DNA of 64,000 bases. Origin: an uncultured Candidatus Melainabacteria bacterium. Lineage in GTDB: Bacteria; Cyanobacteriota; Vampirovibrionia; Gastranaerophilales; Gastranaerophilaceae. The notes below the pieces were generated by a model. The model was given only the letters and a program-made list of their open reading frames with translations, did not search any database and was not told the DNA's origin. Shown in pieces: positions 1 through 9,475 of this stretch (the first letter of the stretch is position 1; the number at the start of each line of letters is the position of its first letter). The stretch is from the NCBI GenBank assembly GCA_949841365.1, contig CATKZI010000004.1:959-64958 (forward strand), in the 5' to 3' direction. The position numbers and the translations under genes were made by a program.

Positions 1-1110
1 TATAGAAATATTCATTCCGCCCAGAATTTGCATGAGTTTTGCACCGACGACACCTATGAATACTCCGATAAGTCCGCCGATTACCGATAATAAAAATGAT
101 TCTATCAAAAATTGAATGCGTATATCAGAAGCCTTTGCTCCGATTGCCATACGTATTCCGATTTCTTTTGTGCGTTCAGTGACGGATACAAGCATTATGT
201 TCATAATCCCGATACCGCCGACAAGCAAAGAAACTGATGCAATTGCGCCTAATAGTAACGACATTGTTTTTGCGGACGATTTAATTGTTTCCTGCATTTC
301 CGCAAGGTTTCTTATTTGAAAATCGTCTTCCTGATTTTTACCGATATGATGGCGTTTTCTAAGGATTTCGTTTATATCGCTTTCAAGCTGAGACATAACT
401 TCAGCATTTTGCGCCTGAACATTTATCATACTGACTGTGCCCGGGAATGCTGTTCCAAAAACTTTTTTCTGCGCGGTTGTAATAGGGATAAATACTAAAT
501 CATCCTGATCCATTCCCATTCCGCTTTGACCTTTAACCTTTAGTGTTCCTATAACTTTGAAAGGGATATTTCCTATTCTGATAGTTTTTCCTATAGGATC
601 CATATCGCCAAAAAGTTCAGTCGCGACTGTGTTGCCGATAATTGCTACTTTTGTTGTGTTTTTAATATCTTCGGGGATAAAATTTCTGCCGTTTTGAATT
701 TCGTAATTTCTTATTCCTAAATAAGATGCGGTTGTCCCTGCAACTGATGTTGCCCAGTTCTGGTTGCCGAAGGTAAGTTGTTTGGCTTCCGATGAGTATG
801 GTGCAACGGCAAGAACTCCTTGCGCGTTTGCATCAATTGCTTCGGCATCTTTAATTGTTAAGGTCGGTCGTGTTCCTGAACCCATTCTGACGCCGCCAGA
901 AGTTACTGAGCCTGAACGTATCATAAGCAGGTTACTTCCCATTGATTCCATATCTTTGGCGATTTTTTGGCTTGCCCCTGTTCCGACTGCAAGCATTATG
1001 ATAACTGCGCTTACACCTATGATTATGCCGAGACTTGTAAGCATTGAGCGCATCTTGTTTATTTTAAGCGATACTACCGCCATTTTTAGTGTTGATTTGA
1101 AGTCTATCAT
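1..1110 (-). CDS. ABC transporter permease, MacB/FtsX family (C-terminal end runs off the window)
   Basis: Absent from the ORF track because it stays open to position 1. My translation of the minus strand from the ATG at 1110-1108 gives [51 protein letters not shown]... The last readable residues (...[40 protein letters not shown]) look like the FtsX C-terminal TM bundle. ATGA start/stop overlap with the ATPase gene. Confidence 0.85.
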   Translation of the reverse strand, partial: MIDFKSTLKMAVVSLKINKMRSMLTSLGIIIGVSAVIIMLAVGTGASQKIAKDMESMGSNLLMIRSGSVTSGGVRMGSGTRPTLTIKDAEAIDANAQGVLAVAPYSSEAKQLTFGNQNWATSVAGTTASYLGIRNYEIQNGRNFIPEDIKNTTKVAIIGNTVATELFGDMDPIGKTIRIGNIPFKVIGTLKVKGQSGMGMDQDDLVFIPITTAQKKVFGTAFPGTVSMINVQAQNAEVMSQLESDINEILRKRHHIGKNQEDDFQIRNLAEMQETIKSSAKTMSLLLGAIASVSLLVGGIGIMNIMLVSVTERTKEIGIRMAIGAKASDIRIQFLIESFLLSVIGGLIGVFIGVVGAKLMQILGGMNISI

Positions 1111-1790
1111 TTTGTTATATCCGAAATTATATTTCCGTCCTTAAATCTTACAACGCGTTTGCAATATTCTGCAATGTCGGGTTCGTGGGTTACGAGAACT
1201 ATTGTTTTACCCGTTTCTTTGTTAAGATTTACAAAAAATTCCATAACCTCAATACTTGTTTTTGTGTCGAGATTTCCTGTAGGTTCGTCGGCAAGAATCA
1301 GGGGCGGATCGTTTACTATAGCGCGCGCGATTGCAACCCTTTGCTGCTGCCCGCCTGACATTTGGTTCGGCATATGGTCCTCGCGTTTTGAAAGTCCTAC
1401 AATTTCGAGTGCTTTTTTAGCGCGGATAATTCTTTCCTCCTCGGGAATTCCTTTATAAATCATCGGAAGCTGTACGTTTTCAAGTGCAGATGTTCTTGCA
1501 ATCAGGTTAAATCCTTGAAAAACAAACCCCATTTTCTCATTTCTGACTTTAGCCAGACTGTTCGGGTCAAGCGAAAGCATATCAATTCCGTCAAGAAAGT
1601 ATGAACCGGAATTTGGTTTGTCGAGAGTTCCGAGCATATTCATAAAAGTTGATTTGCCGGAACCTGATGCACCCATAATTGCTACAAATTCACCTTTCTC
1701 AACGCTTAGAGAAACGCAGTTCAGGGCGTTGAAAGAGTCTTCGCCTGTTTGATAAGTTTTTATTGCATTTTTAACCTCTATTAGCGACAT
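1107..1790 (-). CDS. ABC transporter ATP-binding protein, MacB/LolD-like
   Basis: Walker [13 protein letters not shown] signature [14 protein letters not shown], Walker [13 protein letters not shown]. Sits in an operon with adaptor, TolC and FtsX-type permease. Confidence 0.95.
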   Translation of the reverse strand: MSLIEVKNAIKTYQTGEDSFNALNCVSLSVEKGEFVAIMGASGSGKSTFMNMLGTLDKPNSGSYFLDGIDMLSLDPNSLAKVRNEKMGFVFQGFNLIARTSALENVQLPMIYKGIPEEERIIRAKKALEIVGLSKREDHMPNQMSGGQQQRVAIARAIVNDPPLILADEPTGNLDTKTSIEVMEFFVNLNKETGKTIVLVTHEPDIAEYCKRVVRFKDGNIISDITK

Positions 1791-2941
1791 TAGAACATCC
1801 TCGGTCCGCGGTGCATGTTATTTTTGTTGGATTTTTTGCCTAAAATCCCTGTTATTACCTTGTCGCCTTCTGCGAGTTCTGATGCTTTAATTTCAGTCGA
1901 ACTGTCATCGCTTGCACCTGTTTTTATATCAATGCGTTTTGGTTTGTTTTTGTCTAAAATCCAGATACCCTGATTTTTATATTTTTGCCCGTCAGTGTTC
2001 GGGGTGAATTTTAGCGCAATATTTGGAACGCAGATTACATCAACACTTTCATTTGTTATGATTGAAACGTTTGCGGTCATTCCGGGTTTGAGCTTCAAGT
2101 CCTCGTTATCAACATCGACGATTACCGTGTAGGTTACAACATTTGAAACTGTTGTAGGTGAAAGTCTTACCTGCGTAACTTTTCCAAAGAAATCCGTGTC
2201 GGGATAGCCGTCAAGCGTGTATTTAACTTCTTGTCCTTCTTTAACTTTCCCGATATCGGCTTCTGAAACGCTTACTTCTATTTGCATTTTGGTTAAGTCC
2301 TGAGCGATTGTGAAAAGTTCGGGAGCTTGAAAACTCGCAGCGACAGGCTGTCCGAGGTCGATTTTACGTGAAATTACCGTTCCGTCAACGGGTGCGATAA
2401 TTTTTGTATAGCCAAGGTTTGTCATTGCGGTTTTTAAAGAAGCCTGATACTGGTTAATCTGTGCTCTTGCAGAATTAATTTGTGCAAGGTCGGATTTATA
2501 TGTGCTTAATTTTTGGTCAAGTTCACTTTTTGCTACAAAGTTTTTTGCATACAAGTTTTTGTAGCGTTGATATTGCTTTTCATCAAAATCTGCGATTGCT
2601 TGCAGTTTGGCAAGGTTTGCGGATGCGTTGTTGATTTGTGCCTGATTTTGCTGAACCTGTGCTTCAAAATTTGCGGGGTCGATTTGAGCCAGAAGTTGTC
2701 CTTTTTTAACTTCCGAGTTGAAATCAACATAAATGTTTTTTATAAGACCTGATACCGTAGAACCGACAGAAACCGTGTTTACGGGGTTAATTGTGCCTGA
2801 TGCTTCTACAAATTCCGTGATTGTACAGCGGTCAATTTTTTCTGTCTTATAACGGACTTTTTTGCTTTGTGCAACGGCGATTGCACCGGCAATTAAAAGT
2901 ATAATAATTATTATTCCTATGAAAATGTAGCGTTTTTTCAT
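1790..2941 (-). CDS. Efflux periplasmic adaptor, HlyD/MacA family
   Basis: 383 aa with an N-terminal TM anchor, a long coiled-coil hairpin (QNQAQINNASANLAKLQ...) and beta-barrel/lipoyl-like segments typical of membrane fusion proteins. Start and stop are tightly coupled to the neighbouring genes. Confidence 0.9.
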   Translation of the reverse strand: MKKRYIFIGIIIIILLIAGAIAVAQSKKVRYKTEKIDRCTITEFVEASGTINPVNTVSVGSTVSGLIKNIYVDFNSEVKKGQLLAQIDPANFEAQVQQNQAQINNASANLAKLQAIADFDEKQYQRYKNLYAKNFVAKSELDQKLSTYKSDLAQINSARAQINQYQASLKTAMTNLGYTKIIAPVDGTVISRKIDLGQPVAASFQAPELFTIAQDLTKMQIEVSVSEADIGKVKEGQEVKYTLDGYPDTDFFGKVTQVRLSPTTVSNVVTYTVIVDVDNEDLKLKPGMTANVSIITNESVDVICVPNIALKFTPNTDGQKYKNQGIWILDKNKPKRIDIKTGASDDSSTEIKASELAEGDKVITGILGKKSNKNNMHRGPRMF

Positions 2942-2943
2942 TA

Positions 2944-4374
2944 TTAGTCCTCAATTGTTATTGTAATATTTTGCGGCAGTGCTATTGCTTTTTCAAGGTT
3001 TGCACGTGCGACGTTGTAATTATACACAGTTTGAACATAATTTACCTGTGCATTATTATAATTCACTTTAGCATCTTGAAGTTCGATATAGTCACCTAAA
3101 CCTACTGCATAGCGTCCGTCTGCAAGCTCAAAGTTTTCCAGTGTCTGTTTAACTTTTACGGCAAGAAGCGGAATTTGTTTTTCAAATTGTACCATATTTA
3201 CATACAGGTTTTGAACCTCAAAATAAATATCCTGTTTTGCAAGTTCAATATCGTTTTCTGCCATTTGAACCTGAATTTTTGCGTTATCAATTTTGTGTTT
3301 TTGACCTTTTATATTAAATGAACTTGAAAAATTTACGCCGACATTGTATGAATTTGCGTTATATTTATCGCGGTAACCGTAGCCTGCAGATGCTGATAAT
3401 TCCGGCAAATATTCGCGTTTTGTGTATTTTAAAGCTTCTTTAACGGCATTTAATGAAGCATCTAATGACATTAAATCAGGTCTGTTTTCGTATGCAAGAT
3501 TTACTGCTTCCTCAAATGTATAGGGAAACGGCTCGAATTTATAATTTTCAAGTACATTAATCTTTTCAACCTGAGAGGTTAAAAACGCATCTCCAACACT
3601 GTCAGGTGGTGTGCTTAAATCTTTTTTCTCGTCGATTTTTTCAAGATTTACGGGAGTGTAATTATGTTGGAAATTAAAAGTTTCCGTATTTTCGATTTCA
3701 TATTCGGGTGCAAAAGCTATATACATTGAGTTGTTAAGTTTTACAAGTGCATTTTGGTAAAGTTTTTCGGAATTTACCAGAGTAACTTTCGAATCGCTTA
3801 AATAAACTTCTGCGTTTACAAGGTCGATTTTTGATTTAATCCCTTCGTCAAAATAAGCTTTTGTGCGTTGGTAGTTGCGTTCGTTAATCTGAACATTTGC
3901 TCTGTTAACGTCAACTGTGGCTTTTGCTGCCAATACGCCGTAGTAATTTGTTTTTACGGTAAAAATTGTATCGAGAACTATGTTGTTAAAATTGTATAAT
4001 GCAGAAAGTTTGTCGAAGTTGTACATCCTGATGTTTGCGTTAGTTTTGCCAAAGTTCCAGATAAGCTGTTTTATATTGGCTTCGGCTGAGTAAATGTTTG
4101 ATGATGTGTTTAGTCTGTCTGTGCGGTTTTCGTTAATGTTGTAACCCGTTCCGACACCGATTGTCGGAAAATATCCCGATTTTGCAATACCGAGATTGCC
4201 TTTGGCAAGTCCGTAGTTATATCTTGCTTTTTTAATCTGCGGGCTGTTTTGTAGTGCAAGCTGAATACAATCGGTGATAGTAAGAACTGTATTTTTTTCA
4301 ACACTCATTTTCTCAATCGCGAAACAGGAGTTGAGTGTCAGACACATTCCGATTAGTAAAGCTAATTTTTTCAT
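2944..4374 (-). CDS. TolC-family outer membrane efflux protein
   Basis: 476 aa with a signal peptide and lipobox-like LNSC. Two repeated OEP halves rich in Y/N/A coiled-coil segments. First gene of the efflux operon. Confidence 0.88.
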   Translation of the reverse strand: MKKLALLIGMCLTLNSCFAIEKMSVEKNTVLTITDCIQLALQNSPQIKKARYNYGLAKGNLGIAKSGYFPTIGVGTGYNINENRTDRLNTSSNIYSAEANIKQLIWNFGKTNANIRMYNFDKLSALYNFNNIVLDTIFTVKTNYYGVLAAKATVDVNRANVQINERNYQRTKAYFDEGIKSKIDLVNAEVYLSDSKVTLVNSEKLYQNALVKLNNSMYIAFAPEYEIENTETFNFQHNYTPVNLEKIDEKKDLSTPPDSVGDAFLTSQVEKINVLENYKFEPFPYTFEEAVNLAYENRPDLMSLDASLNAVKEALKYTKREYLPELSASAGYGYRDKYNANSYNVGVNFSSSFNIKGQKHKIDNAKIQVQMAENDIELAKQDIYFEVQNLYVNMVQFEKQIPLLAVKVKQTLENFELADGRYAVGLGDYIELQDAKVNYNNAQVNYVQTVYNYNVARANLEKAIALPQNITITIED

Positions 4375-4428
4375 CTTACAATACTATAACGATTAAACGT
4401 AAAGTTTTGTTCATTTTAATAGATGAAA

Positions 4429-5868
4429 TTAGTCTTTAATCGTCCAAAAGTCTTTCTGTAACAGTACCAGAAACGGAATTAATTCCAAACGTCCGACAAG
4501 CATATTAACAGTAAAAATGAGTTTTGATGCAGTGTGCATACCGTCAAAATTACCCATAGGACCTGTTGAAACCGCAACGCCCGGACCGATATTTCCGAGT
4601 GATGAAATCGCTCCCGTCAAACCTACTGCTGTGCTTTGCTCAAGAATAGACATAATTACTGCAGTAGTACCAAAAATTAAAAAGTAGAAAAACACAAATA
4701 CGATTATCTGTCTTGCAACTTCGGGCTGAATTGTTTTATTGTCCATTTTAATATTAACAACTGCATTCGGGTGTAAAATTCTTACAATTTCACTTTTCAT
4801 TGATTTGAAAACGACAAGCCATCTTGCAATTTTTATACCGCCGCCGGCTGAACTTGCACATGAGCCCATAAACATTACAATAAACAGGATTAATTTTGAT
4901 GTGTAATCCCATTTTTCAAAATCAAAGCTTGCAAAACCGCAAGATGTTGTAATACTTACAACCTGAAAAAGTGCATCTGTAAAATTATGATAATGTAATG
5001 ATGCCGTAATCAGAAGTGCCATAAGTATTACAAGCAGAAAATATGTTCTGAATTCCTCATTTTTGAATAACAAAAACGGATTTTTTTGAGCTAAAACTTT
5101 ATATTGCAAGTTGAAACTTGCGCCCGCAAGGAACATAAATATAAGAACAATCCATGTAATTGTATTTGAGTGGTATCCCATTATGCTTTCCGGATTCGGA
5201 GAAAATCCGCCTGCAGAAAGGGTTGATAATGAGTTGCAGACCGCATCAAAAGCAGGCATTCCGTTCCAAACCAATAAAATTATTTCCAGTACGGTAAATC
5301 CCGCATAAATTTTCCATAAAGCAGATGCAGTATTCCTTATGCGAGGTGTGAATTTATCTTCGGTAGGTCCGGGGGCTTCCGCGAAAAACATTTGACGTCC
5401 GGCAACTGCAAATTGAGGTAAAATCGCAATAAACAAGACAATAATTCCCAAACCGCCCAACCATTGAGTAAACGAACGCCAAAAGAAAAACGCGTGCGGA
5501 TAATCGTAGTGTGTTAATATGGTTGCGCCTGTCGTTGTAATCCCAGAAACTGATTCGAATATAGCATTTACAGGACTTAAACCATAAAATAAGTATGGTA
5601 TTGAAGCAATTAAACTGAATACAATCCAAGATAGCGCAACTGTCAGTAGTGCTTCACTTTTTTTGATGTCATTCAAATTCTCTAATGTTGAAGGAACTGT
5701 TTTTCTTAAGACAGCCCCAATTGTCATAGAAATTATCGAAGCTGTCAAAAATGGCACAATTGAGCTGTATTCGCCATACATTAGCGCTACAATTACGGGG
5801 ATAAGAATCACCAATCCTATATATACTAATGTTAAACCTATTGCATAAGCCAGATAATTTAAGCGCAT
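4429..5868 (-). CDS. trkH: Potassium uptake protein TrkH/KtrB family
   Basis: 479-aa polytopic membrane protein with repeated pore-loop motifs (SGITTTGATI, LSAGGFSP, TSCGFAS, SLGNIGPG). Lies directly downstream of trkA. Confidence 0.9.
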   Translation of the reverse strand: MRLNYLAYAIGLTLVYIGLVILIPVIVALMYGEYSSIVPFLTASIISMTIGAVLRKTVPSTLENLNDIKKSEALLTVALSWIVFSLIASIPYLFYGLSPVNAIFESVSGITTTGATILTHYDYPHAFFFWRSFTQWLGGLGIIVLFIAILPQFAVAGRQMFFAEAPGPTEDKFTPRIRNTASALWKIYAGFTVLEIILLVWNGMPAFDAVCNSLSTLSAGGFSPNPESIMGYHSNTITWIVLIFMFLAGASFNLQYKVLAQKNPFLLFKNEEFRTYFLLVILMALLITASLHYHNFTDALFQVVSITTSCGFASFDFEKWDYTSKLILFIVMFMGSCASSAGGGIKIARWLVVFKSMKSEIVRILHPNAVVNIKMDNKTIQPEVARQIIVFVFFYFLIFGTTAVIMSILEQSTAVGLTGAISSLGNIGPGVAVSTGPMGNFDGMHTASKLIFTVNMLVGRLELIPFLVLLQKDFWTIKD

Positions 5869-5869
5869 A

Positions 5870-7210
5870 TTAATTTACCTTAAAGAATTCCTTAATTTCC
5901 TGAGCACTTTGAGCAGTTGTAAAGATTATCAAAATATCGTCTGTTGTAATCAATGTATCACCTTTGGGAATAATAACTTTATTGCGTCTTTGAATTATTC
6001 CGATAATTGCACGTGCAGGAAATCTTAAATCCATAACTTTTTTACCGTTGAATTCCGGCAAGACATTGATTTCCAAAACTTCACCCTGTCCCTGTTCAAC
6101 TGTTGCAAGGATGTCAATATCATTTTCCTGCAAGTCGTTGCGAACTTCATTAATTGCAGAGTTCTTAGGTGAAATCGCGATATCAATACCGACTTTTTCA
6201 AACAGCGGAATGTTTAATACTTTTGAAACTCTTGCTATAACTCTTTTTACTCCCAATTGTTTTGAAAGAAGCGAGCATAAAAGGTTTCTTTCGTCGTTGT
6301 TTGTTACACTAATGACAACATCTGCCGATCCGATTTCTTCATCATCAAGAAGTTTTAAATTTGTACCGTCGCCGTTTATTACAAGAGTATTGCGCAGTTC
6401 TTCGGCTAAATACTGGCATCTTTCGTAATTTTTTTCAATGATTTTTGTTTTAATTTTCATTGTTTCAAGAGTTTTGGCAAGCATTAAACCGACATTTCCG
6501 CCGCCGATTATGGCTGTAGATTTGACAATTTCTTTTTCATGAAAAAACGTACCTGCAAGAATGTCCAGCGAATGAGAAGTTCCCATAAAGATAAGCTTGT
6601 CGCCGTCTTGAATTTCGGTTTCGCCGTTAGGAATAAACAAACAGCAGTCGCGGGTTAAACCTACCATCAATGTGTCTTTGGTAAATCCGCAGTCTTTAAC
6701 CTTTTTACCAACGATTGAATGGTAGGGTTCGACTTTATATTCCAATAATCTTGCTTTGCCGTCTGCAAAGTTTTCAACATCTAACGCATGTGCAACTGTT
6801 ACGATGCGAAAAATTTCTTGTGTCAAAAGTTCTTCGGGCCAAATAATGTAATCAATAAAGAAATCGCAGAAATGTTCGTTATTTTTTTCAAAGCTTAAAG
6901 TTTTTTTGTATTCTTCCTTGCTTACAAAGCAAATTGTTCTTATTCCACCGAACTTTTTAGCTGAAAGACAGGCAACAATATTTGCTTCATCAATCGCCGT
7001 ACATGCAATAAAAATATCCGCATTTTTTATGTCTGCATTTTTTAAAACTTCTATATCTGACGCATTTCCCTGAACAAAACTTATATCAAGTTTGTTAAAT
7101 TCGTCGGTTCGATTTTCTTCTTTGTCGATTATTGTTATGTCGTGGTCTTCAAAAAATTCTGTTGCCAAAAGGCAGCCGATTTCTGTAGCACCGTAAATTA
7201 CTATTTTCAT
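5870..7210 (-). CDS. trkA: Trk system potassium uptake protein TrkA (two RCK/NAD-binding domains)
   Basis: 446 aa with two Rossmann-type N-termini (MKIVIYGATEIG and AIIGGGNVG), each followed by an RCK_C-like segment. Confidence 0.9.
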   Translation of the reverse strand: MKIVIYGATEIGCLLATEFFEDHDITIIDKEENRTDEFNKLDISFVQGNASDIEVLKNADIKNADIFIACTAIDEANIVACLSAKKFGGIRTICFVSKEEYKKTLSFEKNNEHFCDFFIDYIIWPEELLTQEIFRIVTVAHALDVENFADGKARLLEYKVEPYHSIVGKKVKDCGFTKDTLMVGLTRDCCLFIPNGETEIQDGDKLIFMGTSHSLDILAGTFFHEKEIVKSTAIIGGGNVGLMLAKTLETMKIKTKIIEKNYERCQYLAEELRNTLVINGDGTNLKLLDDEEIGSADVVISVTNNDERNLLCSLLSKQLGVKRVIARVSKVLNIPLFEKVGIDIAISPKNSAINEVRNDLQENDIDILATVEQGQGEVLEINVLPEFNGKKVMDLRFPARAIIGIIQRRNKVIIPKGDTLITTDDILIIFTTAQSAQEIKEFFKVN

Positions 7211-7217
7211 AAAACAG

Positions 7218-7246
7218 ATTATAGCTTAATTAAATTTTTTTTACAA
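7218..7246 (-). promoter_or_regulatory. Sigma70-like promoter placed for a leaderless trkA mRNA
   Basis: The minus strand reads TTGTAA, 17 nt, TATAAT, CTGTTTT, then ATG (trkA). No Shine-Dalgarno lies between the -10 element and the ATG. Confidence 0.4.
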
Positions 7247-7415
7247 GCAAAATTTAATATTTACGGCTTTTATTATATTATGTTTCCTATAAGTGCTACT
7301 GATTATCAAAGATGCTATCCAAAAAGATTGAAAAATTTTTCAAACATTATTTAGAATAAAGCTTGCTCAAAATCCTAAAACTCCGCACAGAGATAAAATT
7401 CAAAGAGCAATTAAA

Positions 7416-7685
7416 TTATTTAAGAAGGAGTAAGCCGTTAACAACCATATATTGAACTATCTGCAAAACAATGATTGCAACAATGGGTGAAAAATCCAAT
7501 CCGTTTACAGGTGGAATAATTTTTCTGAATAAGTTTAAATATATATCAGTAGAATCCTTTATGAATGTAAAAGGTTGTTTGTACCAATCAATTGACGGAA
7601 CAAAACTTAATAAACATCTTACAAGGATTATCCAAAAATATATTTCAAAAAGATTGTTGATTGCATATATTAAATTTGTCATCAT
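7416..7685 (-). CDS. YggT family membrane protein
   Basis: 89 aa with two TM segments. Size and hydrophobic pattern are typical of YggT/Ycf19. ATGA overlap with the upstream gene. Confidence 0.65.
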   Translation of the reverse strand: MMTNLIYAINNLFEIYFWIILVRCLLSFVPSIDWYKQPFTFIKDSTDIYLNLFRKIIPPVNGLDFSPIVAIIVLQIVQYMVVNGLLLLK

Positions 7686-8479
7686 AGTTGAGAGCTCTTT
7701 TTAGTATTTTTACATTCACAATTGTCTCTTGAAGCAGGAATATTTTCAATCATCTTAAAGAGCAAGTTTTTAAGGTTAGCAACATTAGAGTTAAACACCT
7801 GAATAACTTCGTGGTGAGAAACAGGTGGAACATCGCCTACCAAGCCCGCGTCGTAATCTGTGATTAATGAAATATTTAACGGACACATATCCATTTCTTT
7901 AACAAGGTATGCTTCTGGGAAAGCTGTCATATTGATAACTTCCCAACCTTGATTTGTAAAGAATTTAGATTCTGATTTTGTAGAAAAACGTGGTCCGTTG
8001 ATTACAACAACCGTACCTGTTTCGTGAATTGTAATTCCTAAATCTTTACCTGTTTTAATAGCAAGTTCGCGAAGTTCGGGGCAGTATGTTTCAGCTGCAG
8101 ACGGGTGAGTAACAATCGGTCCTTCAAAGAAAGTTGTTTTTCTGCCGTCAGTCCAATCAACAAACTGGTCGCAAATTACAAAATCACCCGGTTTAACGTG
8201 TTTTTGTAAACTTCCCGCAGCGCAGGGTGAAATAACTCTTTCACAACCAATATGTTTCATTGCCCAAACGTTAGCTCTATAATTGATTAAGTGAGGTAAA
8301 ATAGTATGGTTTCTGCCGTGACGAGGCATAAATGCAACTTTATGTTCGCCGACTTTCCCGATAAATAAGCTGTCGCTTGGCATACCATAAGGTGTTTCTA
8401 CTTTTACTTCTTCAATATCTTCTAAAAAACTGTAAAATCCTGATCCGCCAAATACGCCGATATCTGCTAATTTTCCCAT
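7682..8479 (-). CDS. mtnP: S-methyl-5'-thioadenosine phosphorylase (PNP/MTAP family)
   Basis: 265 aa. GVFGGSGFY N-terminus, FMPRHGRNH and INMT motifs typical of MTAP-type nucleoside phosphorylases. Confidence 0.85.
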   Translation of the reverse strand: MGKLADIGVFGGSGFYSFLEDIEEVKVETPYGMPSDSLFIGKVGEHKVAFMPRHGRNHTILPHLINYRANVWAMKHIGCERVISPCAAGSLQKHVKPGDFVICDQFVDWTDGRKTTFFEGPIVTHPSAAETYCPELRELAIKTGKDLGITIHETGTVVVINGPRFSTKSESKFFTNQGWEVINMTAFPEAYLVKEMDMCPLNISLITDYDAGLVGDVPPVSHHEVIQVFNSNVANLKNLLFKMIENIPASRDNCECKNTKKSSQL

Positions 8480-8679
8480 AAAATTTTTCCTCTCATATTA
8501 AATATTAACTGTTTAAATCTTAACATAAAAATACGAAAAAAGTATCCGGACTTGAAATTTATTTTTTTTGTAATAATATGTAAGTATAAAATATCTTTAA
8601 AAGTTTTTGACCGCAGTCGAAGAAACGGGTCGTTAGGGAATTTTTAGGGATTTCAATTTACAACATAGAGGATTACATT

Positions 8680-9312
8680 TTGAAAAAATTATTACTGTTA
8701 ACTTTTACACTTATGTGTATATTGTTTACACATGCGTCTGCACAAGCTGCTGATGTTAACTCTGTAAAAGCAACAATAGTAAAACATGCTATTGAAATGG
8801 GCGTGGATCCTGCAATTGCGTTAAGTATTGCGCGCACAGAATCAGGGTTCAGACATGAGGCAAGAAGTTCTCATGGTGCTGTAGGGGTTTTTCAATTGAT
8901 GCCTTCAACAGCAAGAAGAATGGGATACAATCCGTATTCTTTGAATGAAAACATTAAAGCAGGCATTACATATTACAAAAAAATGTATAATATGTTCGGC
9001 TCTGTAGAATTGGCACTTGCAGCTTACAATGCAGGTCCGGGGAATGTTAAAAAATACAATAACAAAGTTCCCCCGTATGGTGAAACAAGACGTTTTGTAA
9101 GTAAAATTATGACTGATGTAAACAGACAAAGAGTTGCTCCGGATCCGATAGTTGCAAAGGTCAGAAGCGGAGCATACACAGCTCAAAAACCTGCAGGAAC
9201 AATTAAACCTGCATCAGCTCCAAAATTAATTGATGCAAAAGATTTGCAGGTTGAGGTTTTAGAAGAAAAACCGATAGAATTAAAACTTGAAACATTAACA
9301 ATTGCAATTTAG
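8680..9312 (+). CDS. Secreted lytic transglycosylase (SLT domain)
   Basis: TTG start preceded by a GAGGA RBS, followed by a signal peptide. SLT motifs ESGF, GVFQLMPSTA and AYNAGPGNV are present. Confidence 0.85.
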   Translation: MKKLLLLTFTLMCILFTHASAQAADVNSVKATIVKHAIEMGVDPAIALSIARTESGFRHEARSSHGAVGVFQLMPSTARRMGYNPYSLNENIKAGITYYKKMYNMFGSVELALAAYNAGPGNVKKYNNKVPPYGETRRFVSKIMTDVNRQRVAPDPIVAKVRSGAYTAQKPAGTIKPASAPKLIDAKDLQVEVLEEKPIELKLETLTIAI

Positions 9313-9318
9313 ACAAAA

Positions 9319-9340
9319 GAACCGCGAAAGCGGTTCTTTT
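9319..9340 (+). terminator. Rho-independent terminator after the transglycosylase gene
   Basis: GAACCGC-GAAA-GCGGTTC hairpin followed by TTTT. Confidence 0.6.
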
Positions 9341-9475
9341 AATATTTCTTTACAAATATTAAAGATTTTGAATGTATGTTCCGTATATCTATTTAGAAAG
9401 GATTTTACGGAGGCTTTAGCCTCTGACCAAAATTCAAAAAGTACAACCAAAGTTTGCGGAAAGGGCAAAAGAAAA

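Noticed and set aside
7247-7415. A c-di-AMP (ydaO-type) or other riboswitch might lie upstream of the trkA-trkH operon.
   Set aside because: The region is very AT-rich with no conserved G/C-rich helices. A consensus promoter abuts the ATG, leaving no leader.
9302-9475. The ORF track gives a 58-codon upstream extension to the 670-aa ORF.
   Set aside because: It would start inside the SLT gene stop region and read through that gene's terminator hairpin. The ATG at 9476 begins the conserved-looking helical N-terminus.
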